Made by a program: the position numbers and the translations under genes. The notes under the pieces are model-generated. The model did not search any database. It saw nothing but the letters and a program-made list of their open reading frames with translations, and was not told where the DNA came from. A stretch of DNA of 64,000 nucleotides from Azolla caroliniana (taxonomy: Eukaryota; Plantae; Polypodiophyta), in contig JBHGNT010000012.1 of the NCBI GenBank assembly GCA_043228905.1, positions 6,634,001 through 6,698,000 of the forward strand. The letters run 5' to 3'. Positions 1 to 12,579 of the stretch are shown here, piece by piece. Positions within the stretch are counted from its first letter, which is position 1. Every line of letters begins with the position of its first letter.

Positions 1-76
1 TACGACACAACAACAAGCCGACCTCGATCACAACAGACGAATGGTGCTCCTTGGACGAGATAGCCAGGTCTATCAT

Positions 77-1357
77 TCGAATGCACCTGGCCAAAAACGT
101 CTATTTCAACATGGCCAAGGAGATAACGACATTCTCTTTGTGGGAGAAACTTCAAGCCGTTTAGGAGAAGAAGTCTTCCTCGTCCTTGCCCTCATGTCGA
201 GCTTGTCAGCGAGTTGGGAGGTTGTTACGGGATATTATATGGTCATGCCCGTAACATAATATCCTGTGGTGAGAATTTACCGTAGTATTCTATACACATG
301 GATAAAGTATGGTCATGCATGTAACAGAGGTATTTTGCATGACATTTGCCAACAACTGTCCAAAATTGAATCTAGACGAAATGATCGGACAAGTCCTCAA
401 TGAGGATATTCGCCGAAAATTGATGGGTCTCACCATCAATGATTTAGTAGAAGCCCATCACTCGATTGAGTCCACGGAGAGAGCCAACCGAAGTCCCAAT
501 TGATTGAGAAGGAGGGATAATCGACAATGGTCGAAGTCGAGGAATAGTCGATCAAGTGTTTTCTACACCCATTGCCGAAACCCTGGTCACAATGTTTCCG
601 ATTGCTGGTCAATAAAAAGAAAGTAGAATGTTCGACGATTTGATCAAACACAAGGACACTCCAATTCGAACCGTTCTATTGCTAGAAACCAAGTAAATGT
701 TGCTGACTCCCGATCGAATGCACCTAGCTGAAAATGTCTATTTCAACATGGCCAAGGAGACAACGTGATTCTCTTTGTAGGAGAAGCTTCAGACCGTTTA
801 GGAGAAGAAGTCTTCCTCGTCGAAATGCATATTGATTCGATAATGGTTCAATATGAAGACGAGAGAGACGGATTCGATGACCTCCCACATTAACAAATTC
901 AACCGAGTGTTGTTTGAGCTCTTCTCCCAAGGGATTAACTTCAAAGAAGTTAAAGCCCTTGCCCTCATGTCGAGGATTCTGCACGACATTCGCCAACAAT
1001 AGTCAAAAATTGAATCTGGACAAAACGATCGGACATGTCCTCACTGAGGATATTCAACGAAAATCGATGGGTCTCACCATCAATGATTCAGGATAATCCC
1101 CTCACTCGACCAAGTTAGTAGAGAGAGCCAATTGAAGTCCCAACTAATTGAGAAGAAGGGATAATCGGCAATGGTCAAAGTTGAGGAATAGTCGATCAAG
1201 TGTTTTCTGCACCAATTGTAGAAAGCTTGGTCACAATGTTTCCATCTTTTGGTCAATAAAAAGAAAAGAGAACGGTCAGTGATTTGATCGGACACAAGGA
1301 CACTCCGATTCAAACCGTTCTACTACTAGCAACCAAGTAAATGTTGCTGACTCCCGA
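77..1357 (+). repeat. Diverged tandem duplication (~640 bp unit) of Copia gag region
   Basis: TCGAATGCACCT..GTCTATTTCAACATGGCCAAGGAGA at 77 and 715; AACCAAGTAAATGTTGCTGACTCCCGAT at ~687 and ~1331. Confidence 0.85.
223..326. mobile_element. 104-bp mini solo LTR (TRIM-like)
   Basis: TGTTAC...GTAACA termini; 5-bp TSD GAGGT (218-222, 327-331); absent from the duplicate unit. Confidence 0.75.
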
Positions 1358-2829
1358 TAAGGAGAAATCCTTTCTCTAGAGGACGCTACGATCAGAGAAG
1401 TCTTATATAGTGCACATTATGCATCAACATGGTTGTTGGACTCCGGTGTCACCTTTCACGTGACCTTGGATATCGAATGGTTTTCGAAATATTCGGCCGG
1501 AGCCGGCGGCATAGTTCGACTCAGAAATGGGCAAGAATGTGCAATAGCAGGGATTGGCGAGATCCCCATTCAATTACCAAACGACAATTCAATCATCTTG
1601 CACCAAGTATGGCATGTACTTGAGCTAAAAAGGAGCCTGATCTCCATTGGCATGCTAGCTGAAGCCAAGTATCCAATAACTCTAAGTGAGTCATCATGGA
1701 TGATCAACCGAGGAAATATGAAAATCGCATGCGAATACAGTTACAACAACTTGTATCCGCTGATGGCGATAAGTTCAGATGGGGTTGTGAATGTAGCCGA
1801 TTTGTCATATGTCCCAAGCCGGACTCGACCAACTAATGATGATTGGCTACATCTTGAAGCTCTAGATAAAGACGGAATTCTGCGAGCATTGTCGTTACGG
1901 GGAAACATACTCGAAGTCCGCACTCTCTCCATTACCAGACGACAAGAAAACCCCTAGAATTGGTCCACAACGATACATGTGGGCCGATGCATGAAAGGTC
2001 ACTAGGAGGCTCCCGATACTTCATCACGTTCGTAGATGATTGTACACGGAAGGTTTGGGCTTACTCGATTAAGTCTAAAGATGAAGCACTCAAGGTCTTC
2101 TCTGGGTGGTTAGCTAAAGTGGAGTACCGATCATGACACTGATTGAAGACACTCTGATCCGACAACGGAGGTGAATACACCTCTCGAGCCTTCAAACAAT
2201 ACATGTCCAACAAAGGAATCCGACATCAGAAGAATGTTCCATATACTCCCATGTAGAATGGCATGGCAGAACAAATGAACAGGACAATCCAAGAGAGAGT
2301 GCCGATAGTGCTCAAGGAATCCAGACTAAAGCTAGAATTTTGGGCCGAAGATCTATCTTATAAATTTGTCGTCGTCAAGAGCAATCTGGCTCGAAGTGCC
2401 ACATACACTATGGTCTGGCAAAACACCAACCTATGATAGGCTTCGAATTTTCGGAAGTGAGGCCTACGCATTCATCCCTAGGGATAAAAGAACCAAGTTG
2501 GTACCCCATGCACTTAAGTGCATATTTCTTAGCGGTGGCATAAACGGGAACTTTGGCTATTGGCTATGGGATCCGGAGAACCGGAAATTGATTCGGAGTA
2601 GCGACGTAGTCTTCAATGAAGACTCAATACTCTATGACCAAATCTAGACAAAGAAAATCTATAAAAAGGTCTCATTTGACCTTGATAGATCGACTGTAGA
2701 AGGGCCGACCGACTGACTGAATCGACAATTTGACAAATAATCGAAGACGACTGAGTGTTGAGTGGACAAGCTCAACAGAATTCGGATCGGTATTCGGAAC
2801 AAAGAGCCGGATCGGTGTTCGGAATTGTG

Positions 2830-3382
2830 TCCTGCTCGGAACTGAGAAGCTTGATAGAAATAATTACGCATCTTGGTCATACAAGATGCACCAGTGCCTG
2901 TGCGGACACGGATACTGGAGTTATGTCGATGGAGCGAACGAAGTAGCGCTGGAGTCGGCACACAAGGACTTCCTAGCATGGGAACAAGGAGCGAGCAGGG
3001 TGTTGTATTGCCTCACATCATGTGTGCATGATCAGATGCTCAATTACATCAAAGACGCGAAGTTGCCGAAAGAAGTCTGGGAAAATCTGAAAAAGATTTT
3101 CACCACTAGTACGACAACTTGTAAGTTGCAGCTCCGACAAGAACTCAACAACATCCGGCAAAGGGACATGTCGGTTACCGACTATACCATGAAGATAAAG
3201 AAGATCTGCGATGCACTAGGGTCCATCAACGTGAGGGTTGACAAAGACGAGATGGTGCAGATCTGCCTCGGGGGTTTAGCGCAAAGTTACGAGCCTATCT
3301 AGACGGAAATTTGCACCCAGGAGAAGCCACCATCCTTCTTCGACTTGCAATCGATACTGATGGTCGAAGAAAACCACACGAG
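2830..3382 (+). pseudogene. gag: Copia gag fragment (host of chromovirus A)
   Basis: EKLDRNNYASWSYKMHQ..., same family as gag at 43573 and 54042; stop at 3300. Confidence 0.85.
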
Positions 3383-3842
3383 TGTTAGGAGCAGTACTGA
3401 GACAGAGAAGTACTATCAGGAACAATACTAAAACAGAGAAGGAATTAGTACTAAAAGATGAGGAATAGTACTAAGGGAGGTGTAGAACTCTCGAGAGAAG
3501 GAAAGAGTGAGTGAGAGAGAGAGAGATAGAGAGAGAGAGAGAATGAGGATAACAAAAGATATATATTATGTTAAGGGAATATACAATAGTAGCTAGGAGG
3601 CTTAAGACTGGCGTTGAACCGATTTGGTTCGAAATAATGCCTTGGGCCTCCTTTTATAGTGTTCTCAGGAGTACTCCTGAAGTTTCTAGAATGTTCTAGA
3701 GAAATCTGGAATATACATCAATTTTCTATAGTAAAACTTAAATGAAAATAATATTTTTCGTATTACAACATATAGTCTAATGGTTAAGAGCTCGACCCAT
3801 GTAACATAAGGTCATGGGTTCGGGTCTTGCCATATCATGACA
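3383..3842 (-). repeat. 3' LTR of chromovirus A
   Basis: TG...CA termini; reverse complement similar to LTR 46593-47052; (GA)n tract. Confidence 0.88.
3773..3831 (+). promoter_or_regulatory. tRNA-like Pol III A/B-box cassette in U3, antisense to element
   Basis: TAGTCTAATGGTTAAG...GGGTTCGGGTC; 46 nt from the A-box T to the first T of TTC, as in tRNA T8-T54. Confidence 0.6.
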
Positions 3843-5062
3843 CTATCCCCCTTTTAAAATGACGAGTGTCACGAGTCGTTTTGGATTGAGGATCCAGTTT
3901 GTCTGGATATTGACGATGGAAGTCTTCAAGAAGAGCACGAGCATTGGTCACATTCTCTATTGGTTCCCAAGTATGCTCGTTGGGACTATATCCTAGCCAA
4001 TCGACTAAATAGTAGAGCTTGCTGTGAACAATCTTGGAATCGAGGATGGCGGCAACCTCGTACTCAGGTCCATCTTCAAGCTCGATTGGGGGTGGAGGTT
4101 GTTTAATACGACCTAGGATGGTGCTGTCTTGATAGGGTTCGAGGAGAGAACTATGAAACACCGAATGTATCCGATGTTGTGGAGGTAGGTCGAGACGAAA
4201 AGTGACATCATTAATTTTTCCGATAATACGGAAAGGACCTAATCGCCGGTAATCCAACTTCTCGCATGGGTGAGTAGTCTTGATGTGTCATCGTAGTAGC
4301 CACACTTGATCTCCAATGTCAAACTGGATGGAAACTGATGACGATCCGCGTAAACCTTGTGTGTTTGTTGAGATTGTTGTAGATGAGTAGATAAATCCGC
4401 TTGTATCTTACGTAGCCGCTCCAAACGATCTTCTGCACAAGGATTTGTAGGTAACTTTGGGGTTTCAAATACACACCACCGGGGGTAACAACTTGTGTAA
4501 GCATAAAATGGTGTCACCTTTGTCGATGAGTGGACAGAGTTATTATACGCAAATTTGGCAAAGTGGAGAATATTCGCCCAGTCACCTTGATGATAGCTTA
4601 AAAAGCACCGAAGATATTGCTCCAACGTTTGATTTGTTCGTTCTGCTTGGCCATCTGCTTGCAGGTGGTAGCAGGAGGAGAGTTTACAAGTGACCTTAAG
4701 CATTTTAAGGAGGTGCTTCCAGAACTTCAAGACGAACTGGGGTCCACGGTTGCTGATGATACTATCGGGAAGGCCATGATGCCGACATACTTCACACATG
4801 ACCATTTCGGCAGTTTCTTCACTAGAGATTTCCTTAGTACATGGTAGGAAATGGGCCCGCCGAGCTTGACGTCGATTTAACACACGAGCATTCTGAAAGT
4901 AGGCAAGGTTTTTGTGATCACTGAATACGATGACTTGATGAGAAGACCCCTCTAGAAAATGCCTCCATTGCGTAAAAGAGTCCACTATTGCTAATAGCTC
5001 CTTATCATGAATTTCATAGTTGATTTCTGCGGCGTCAAACTTGCGTGAATGGAAAGCCACAA
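3835..5062 (-). pseudogene. pol: RNase H end, integrase (internally deleted) and chromodomain of chromovirus A
   Basis: ORFs 4239..5105 and 3835..4257: [22 protein letters not shown] motif, chromodomain. Confidence 0.9.
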
Positions 5063-5783
5063 TGATAGGAACTGCACGCTCCCTATGCGCAACGCTCGGC
5101 CACAACCAAGCTTAGAATCATACATAGAAAACGGGAAATGAAAGCACGACACAATGGAGAGAGGAGTACACAGGATGTTAGCGTGGAAAAACCCAAACTA
5201 GGGAAAAAAAACCATGGCAGCCCACAGACTGCAAACTATCACTATATCAGAATGTACAATAGTGAGCTCACGGAGGCAACGACCTCATGCTCACGATCTT
5301 CGCCACAGGCAGTGGTTACAACAGAGGCAACGACCTCTTCCTCTCTCTCTCTCTCTCTCTCTCTCTATACACTGTTACACGCTCTCAAGTCTTGCACCAG
5401 TTCAAGAATGACAACAACACTATTCTCTGTTTGCCCTAAGTCATATTTATACTAATATGACTTTTCGGCTATTTACAAATATAGCCCTGATAGACTCTCA
5501 GAGACATATTTACAAATATGTCCCTTCATCTGGTGAGCACTTCTCACTGGGCCTTCCCCATCCGGCTCTTGCCGGGTACTCCTCATCCGGTTCACACCGG
5601 GTCTTCCATAGCCGGGTACTCCTCATCCGGCGCTTGCCGGGTACACCACATCCGGTTCTCACCGGGTCTTCCATAGCCGGGTACTCCTCATCCGGTTTCG
5701 GCCTTGGCCTATCGGCCTTGACCGAGTTTGCTCATCAGTATTGTTCTTCTCACTTCCCATCTGGAGGGACCTATTTCCTAACA
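5063..5783 (-). repeat. 3' LTR of Copia B
   Basis: Matches 22328-23017; internal CCGGGTACTCCTCATCCGG subrepeats; (CT)n. Confidence 0.93.
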
Positions 5784-5793
5784 AACTCCCCCT

Positions 5794-7301
5794 TCACTCC
5801 GACATGGGATGTCTCACTAGTCCGATCCGCTTCCAGCATGCATCCAGCTTGTCGGGTATAAGTACTTTGGGCAACATATCTGACCCGTTCTCGGCTGTGT
5901 GGATCTTCGTCAGCGCGAACTCCTGGTCATCTACTCTTTCCCGGATCCAGTGATACCTTCGTTGGATATGCTTCATCCGGGAATGGTAGGCCGCGTTCTT
6001 AGCAAGGTGGATGACACTTTGACTGTCGCAATAGAGCTGATATTCGTCTTGCCGGATACCAAGCTCTCTGATGAAGTCCTTCATCCATAATATTTCCTTG
6101 CCGGCTTCCACAACTGCCATGTACTCCGCCTCCGTGGTTGATAACACAACCGTGTTACCGGCCGGCAAAGGAGTCCAGAGTGGGAAACAGAGAGTTAATT
6201 GAGTAGTAGGAATGTGGTTGTAATTAAGCTATGAGTGTGGACGGACGGACCGGAATCGGTATGCCGTTCCGGATCCGGACCGATCCCGAACAGGTGCGGA
6301 TGGCATCGTTTTGTAATACAGACCGGAAACCTATTTAAAGGCCCGGGTACAATGTAATGAAGGGCGGTGAATTAATAAAGGCTTAGCGTTGTTATCTATC
6401 TGTGTTAATTGCCATTCTGTCTTAATTGTTATATTTTACGCGTGTAATTATGAAAGACGATCATGTTAAGTAACTTAATTAAGTTGGATTAAGCGTTGGG
6501 TCTAATCCGGTTGCCGTAACACCCTTTGGTGAAGTGTCTTCCGTAGACACCCTGTGTTAGGCCATTGTCCGGCCCTAAGAGTTAACAAACCGTCTTCTGC
6601 AGCCTCGACTACCACGAAACAACTCCCCCTGCATATGTCATTACATACCCGGATGTAGACCGGCTGGTATCCACATCAACCGACATGTCCGAATCGGTAA
6701 AACCGTCAAGTTGAGGTTTACCGGAGCTGAATTGGAGACACATATTTGAAGTGCCCTTCAAGTACCGGAGTATCCATTTGACCACGTTCCAGTGCTCCTT
6801 GCTGGGATTGCTCATAAACTGGCTCACCACTCCGGCTGCGTATCCTATATCTGGTCGGGTACAAACCATTGCATACGTTAAGCTCCCGACGGCAGAGGAA
6901 TATGGAACCTTCATCATATCCGCCTTCTTTGCTTTCGTCTTTGGGCTTTGCTTACCGGATAACCTGCAGTTTGCCGGAAGTGTCGATCCGACCGGTTTCG
7001 CATCTGACATGTTGAACCGTTGAAGCACCTTTGTAACGTATTTGTCCTATGACAGCCATAGTTGCTTCGCTGGCCGGTTCCGGATGATATGCATCCCCAA
7101 CATCCCAAGTCTTTCATTGAGAAGGTCCGGTTGAGAGCCTTCTTCAGCATTCGTATTTTGGCTTGGTCCCGTCCGACAATCAACATGTCGTCCATGTACA
7201 GAAGGAGTATCAGGAAGTCGCCTCTTTCGAACTTCTTCACAAACACGCAGTGATCGGCCTGCGTCTTGTGGTACCCTTGATCGGTCATGAAGGAGTCGAA
7301 A
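5794..7301 (-). pseudogene. pol: Copia B RT/RNase H
   Basis: LLYMDDML, YSSAVGSL, FTDSD, STTEAEY, KHIQRRYHWIRE; split by the solo LTR. Confidence 0.92.
6153..6587. mobile_element. Solo LTR, 435 bp
   Basis: TGTTA...TAACA; TSD AACCG (6148-6152, 6588-6592); interrupts Copia RNase H. Confidence 0.88.
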
Positions 7302-7704
7302 TGTCAAGATTCGAACTCTTGACACGACCATGTTATAATCTAGTATTATGAGTTAACCAAGATATCTAGTACTAGTTATGTATGTAATTGGTCCTTATTA
7401 TTTTGCTAGCATCATGTGCATAGTTGCTCCCTTGTAGTATTTACACTTGGCACATGCATGCATACCTACATGCTCTATTGTAGATTCACATGCGTGCAAC
7501 AAGTATGCATGCCATGTAGTATAAATAGAGGAGTTCACCTTGAAGGAATTCAAGGTGAACAACACCAGTTATGGAGTCTTTCCTTTAATACTATCTTCTT
7601 TCTTGTCCATTTGGTTATCTTCTTGCTTGTCTCTTGAGTTTATGATCCGTGACAGTTTGTTCACCTTGCCATCCTCATAGCTCTCCCTCTCATAAGCCAT
7701 AGCT

Positions 7705-8709
7705 ATGTCCGACTCAACTAGTGAGTTAGGCCAAATAATGGTAGCCTTACGACAACTACAGCTTGAAAATGAAGCTCTTCAAAATTCTTTACAAGAACTT
7801 CAAGTCGGTACCTCCCTATCCTCACAACCTCCGAACCCTAGTCTCCCACAACAACCTAGCATAGAGCCCGATCTTCTACCAACATCTAGCCTAGCTTCGT
7901 CACAGTTTCTTGAGCTTCCCAGAAAAATTTGATGGAACGAGGTCGCGTTTCTGAGGGTTCATCATCCAAGTTCGACTTATCATTCGGCTACAACCTCAAC
8001 GTTATGGAGATGGTCTTCGACAAGTCGGCCTTGTGGGCACCCTTCTCTCCGGTCCGGCCCAAGCTTGGTTTGCACCATTGGTAGAAACCTCATCACCTTT
8101 ATTGGAGGACTTTCCTGCCTTCCTCGCCGAGTTAGAGGCCACATTTGGAGAGACGGACCGATGACGTACAGCTCTTAACAAGATTTATGCACTCGAACAA
8201 GGTTCACGTGCATCTTCGGTCTATGCTTCCGAATTTCGACAACTAGCATGCGACGTCAATTGGGATGATCAAGCTTTAGCTGATCACTTTCGGTGCGGTC
8301 TTCGAAGCAATGTCAAGAATCTTCTCTTAAACTTTCCGGAGCCCACCTCGTTATCCCAAGCGATTTCACAAGCAGTCCATTGTGACAATCGTCTTTTCGA
8401 ATTTTGCCAAGAAGAGCGCCAAACTTGGGTTCCACCTCATTCACTTCTACGCCACGCCCCGGTCATACAACCCCAAGCATCCTCACACTCGCCTACTTCG
8501 GCAGATGCTCCTGTCCCCATGGAAATTGATCAAGCCCGATTTCGGCCATTGACTGATGTTGAACGACAATTTCGGCGGGCTAATGGCTTGTGCATGTATT
8601 GTGGCGCCTCCGGTCATGTCGTTCGCCATTTCCTAGGAGTACTCGCCCACAATTCCATCGAGCTAATGGACCCCAACATCTGGAAAACGACATCGTTCGG
8701 TTGCAGTAG
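7705..8709 (+). pseudogene. gag: gag, frameshifted, with Zn knuckle remnant
   Basis: ATG 7705; PMEID and GLCMYCGASGH motifs; stops and frameshifts. Confidence 0.85.
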
Positions 8710-8726
8710 GAGCCATGCAACTGGAC
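8682..8726 (+). promoter_or_regulatory. Putative -1 ribosomal frameshift signal (gag/pol)
   Basis: G GAA AAC, 6-nt spacer, 11-bp stem GTTCGGTTGCA/TGCAACTGGAC; -1 frame runs into protease ORF 8715. Confidence 0.7.
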
Positions 8727-11700
8727 ATCTCCCGTCGCCCACATTCTCTTGGTTCCATTGCCGGACCATCAGGCAATTTCACATTGGAGGTATGGCTTTC
8801 GTTTAACTCTAGTTCCATTCAGTCTGTTGCTTTACTTGATTCTGGGGCATCTTCTTGCTTCATCGACGTTGCGTTTGCCCAAGCACATGGCGTACCTATT
8901 GTTGGCCTCTCAAAACCCATTCCAGTTGAAGCCATTGACGGGTGCGTCCTCTCGTCAGGTGCAATTACTCAAGCTACAACCCCATTAGGGCTTCGGGTGG
9001 GCTCACACCAAGAGGAGCTCACCTTTTACCTCATCGCATCTCCTTGACATTCGATCGTCTTAGGACTAACGTGGTTGGAGGCGCACAATCCAATAGTGGA
9101 TTGGTGCAACCGCTCGATCACATTTAGCAAGCCAAGATGCTCGTGCAAAACTATGAAGGTAAATTCAGTTTCCCATCCTTCGGAGACGGTTGACTCCGAA
9201 TTGACTACCCCATCATCGGTCCAAGATGGGTTTGTTTGTGGCGTCATTTCTAACACACTCCATGTTATTCCCGAAAAATACCAACACTTCTCCGACGTAT
9301 TTGAAAAATGTAATGCTGATCGTTTGCCGGAACACCGGCTCTACGACTGTCCGATTGATCTTCAAGAAGGTGCGTGTCCACCCTTTGGTCCTCTATATGC
9401 GTTGTCTGCACCAGAGTTGAAGGCCCTTCGTGTGTATCTCGATGAGAACCTCGAGAAAGGCTTTATTCAACCTTTTAAGTCACCAGCTGGGGCCCCCATT
9501 TTATTTGTGAAGAAGAAGGACGGCTCTCTACGCTTATGCGTCGACTACCGAGGTCTCAACAAACTCACTGTGCGCAACCGCTATCCGCTACCTCTGATCC
9601 CCGAACTCCTTGATCGGCTCCGAGTTGCGCGTGTCTTCTCCAAAGTTGATCTACGTGGAGCGTACAATCTAGTACGCATCAAGCCGGAGGATGAATGGAA
9701 AGCCGCATTTCGAACACGGTATGGGCATTTCGAATACAAGGTAATGCCTTTTGGTCTTACTAACGCTCCCGCAGTTTTTCAACATATGATGAACGATATT
9801 TTCCGGGAATATCTTGATCTTTTTGTTGTCATTTACCTCGATGATATTCTCATTTTCTCGCCAAACATGGAGGAGCACACTCGCCAAGTCCGATTAGTTC
9901 TTGCCAAACTTCGCGAGCATGGCCTTTATGCCAAAGGCGAGAAATGCGAGTTCGACCGTACCTCGATCGAATTTCTGGGCTATATCATCTCGCCCACTGG
10001 CATCACCATGGATATGAAGAAGGTCTCTGTCATTCAGGCGTGGGCGACTCCAAGGCGACTTAAAGCTGTGCAATCCTTCCTCGGCTTCGCGAATTTTTAC
10101 CGTCGCTTCATCAAGGGGTTTTCCACCCTAGCACAACCTCTTATCGTTCTCACCCATAAAGGCACTCCATTTTTATGGACCTTGGAGGCACAAAATGCGT
10201 TCGACTCACTCAAACATGCATTGATCACTGCCCCGGTGCTGCTACATGCCGACCCCACAAAACCCTTCCAAGTCGAAACCGATGCCTCTGACTTTGCCAT
10301 TGACGCCATCTTATCCCAGGCAGACGACAACAACCTAATGCACCGAGTGGCTTACTATTCTCGAAAATTTACGGCATCCGAAATCAATTATCCCATTTAC
10401 GACAAGGAGCTTGCTGCTATCATTGCTGCCTTTGAAGAATGGCGACCCTACTTGGCCGGCGCACAACATTGTGTCCAGGTAGTGACTGATCATAAAAATT
10501 TAGTTTATTTTTCCACCACTCGTACTTTGAATCGAAGGCAGGCCCGTTGGTCGACATTTCTCGCCGACTACGATTTTGAGATCGTATTTCGACCTGGTGG
10601 CCAACATGGGAAGGCTTATGCCCTTTCTCGCCGAGCCGACCTTGCACTCCGCCCTGGGGATGCTGCTTATGCTCAACAATCTAGACGTTTGTTGAAACCC
10701 GACCAATTGCATCTTTTTGCCACTTGTATGTTGCAGGACAATTCTTTACTCCAACAAATCACTAATGCGTCCAAGACCGATGCGTTCGCCAACGAGATTC
10801 GAGATAGTCTGCAAAACCACTCCAAGGCGACCAAAAGGAAGGATCTTGACACCTTCACCATACAAGAGGGTTTGTTGTTCCGAGATCATCTCTTATACGT
10901 CCCAGAGGGCCCATGTCGCACCCGGGTGTTGCGGGAATGCCACGATGACCCACTTGCAGGTCATTTCGGGGTCGCGAAAACCCTCGAGCTAATCTCTCGG
11001 GGGTATTGGTGGCCACAACCATGGAAGCTGGTCAAAGAATACATAAAGATTTGTGAGGTTTGTGCTCGCTCCAAAGCCATTCATCATCGGCCATACGGCT
11101 TACTACAGCCGCTTCCATGTCCTCGTCGTCCTTGGGCCTCTATCTGTATGGACTTGATAACTGATCTACCCTTGGTCAATAGCAATGACTCGGTGTTGGT
11201 CGTTGTCGATCGGTTTACGAAGATGGCTCACTTCACTCCATGCTCCAAAACCATTTCCGGAGAAGGAATGGTGCATCTCCTACTCAACAATGTGGTACGC
11301 TTGCATGGACTCCCCGATGATGTCATCTCGGATCGCGGACCCCTGTTTGTCTCTCACTTCTGGCAGCGCCTGCTACAAACTTTAGGCATCTCTGTCAAGT
11401 TGTCCTCCGCTTATCACCCCCAAACTGACGGGCAAACGGAACGTGTCAACCAAATCCTTGAGCAGTATCTTCGGTGCTTGGTTAGTTACCAACAAGATGA
11501 TTGTGTCAACTTACTTTCGCTCGCGGAATTCGCCTACAATAATTCTCTCCATGCATCGACTGGCGTCACTCCCTTCTTTGCCAACTACGTTTTACATCCT
11601 CGCTTCAACATTTCCCTTCCTACCACTTCCGTGAACCCTTCGGCGGAGGATCGCGCCCGCATTTTGGAAGAACTACATCATGATTTATCCTTGGAGCTTA

Positions 11701-12225
11701 GTCTTGCTAATGAATGATACAAGAAGCAGGCTGATCGCCATCGATCTTCCACTCAACACTTTGTCGTTGGAGACATGGTCTGGTTGTTACGTCGACACAT
11801 CTCTACTACTCGTCCATGTGCGAAACTTGATTACAAGAAGTTGGGACCATTCCATATCATCGAGTGTATCAATCCCGTCGCCTTCCGGCTCGCCCTTCCA
11901 TCCCACTTCCGGATTCACAATGTTTTTCATGTCTCCCTCCTTGAACCCCATTATGCTTCACAACTCCCAGGATGTCAAGCCCCACCACCACCACCTGTGC
12001 AATTGACGACAGGGGAGGAATACGAGGTCGATCAAATTCTTGATTCGCGTTGGCACCGTCGACACTTGCAATACCTCGTCCTATGGAGGGGTTACCCCAT
12101 GTCTGAGGCCACCTGGGAACCATCGGCAAATTTACAAAATGCCCCAGAGGTCGTCCAAGAATTTCATCACCGATATCCCCACAAACCAGCGGTCGATTTG
12201 GGAAGGCGGCGTAAGAGGGGGGATA
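8715..12225 (+). pseudogene. pol: pol: protease, RT, RNase H, integrase, chromodomain; two in-frame stops
   Basis: LLDSGAS, IYLDDIL, TDASD, HHCC and DDE integrase, YEVDQILDSR..YLVLWRGY; ORFs 8715, 9075 and 11775 share one frame. Confidence 0.95.
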
Positions 12226-12579
12226 ATGTCAAGATTCGAACTCTTGACACGACCGTGTTATAATCTAGTATTATGAGTTAACCAAGATATCTAGTACTAG
12301 TTATGTATGTAATTGGTCCTTATTATTTTGCTAGCATCATGTGCATAGTTGCTCCCTTGTAGTATTTACACTTGGCACATGCATGCATACCTACATGCTC
12401 TATTGTAGATTCACATGCGTGCAACAAGTATGCATGCCATGTAGTATAAATAGAGGAGTTCACCTTGAAGGAATTCAAGGTGAACAACACCAGTTATGGA
12501 GTCTTTCCTTTAATACTATCTTCTTTCTTGTCCATTTGGTTATCTTCTTGCTTGTCTCTTGAGTTTATGATCCGTGACA

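Larger units (their letters stand above)
1..2780 (+). mobile_element. Degenerate Ty1/Copia internal fragment (gag, protease, integrase), no LTRs in window
   Basis: Protease LDSGVTFH (ORF 1433), integrase motifs around 1960-2350 and LRIFGSEAY...RSSDVVFNE (ORF 2366). Many stops. Confidence 0.85.
7302..12579 (+). mobile_element. Full-length chromovirus (Tcn1-like), 5.3 kb
   Basis: 353-bp LTRs 7302-7654 and 12227-12579 (one difference seen); TSD CGAAA/CGAAC; PPT AAGAGGGGGGATAA; gag-PR-RT-RH-IN-chromodomain. Confidence 0.96.

Noticed and set aside
5138-5861. ORFs within Copia B LTRs
   Set aside because: They cross microsatellites and subrepeats and are not preserved in the sister LTR.
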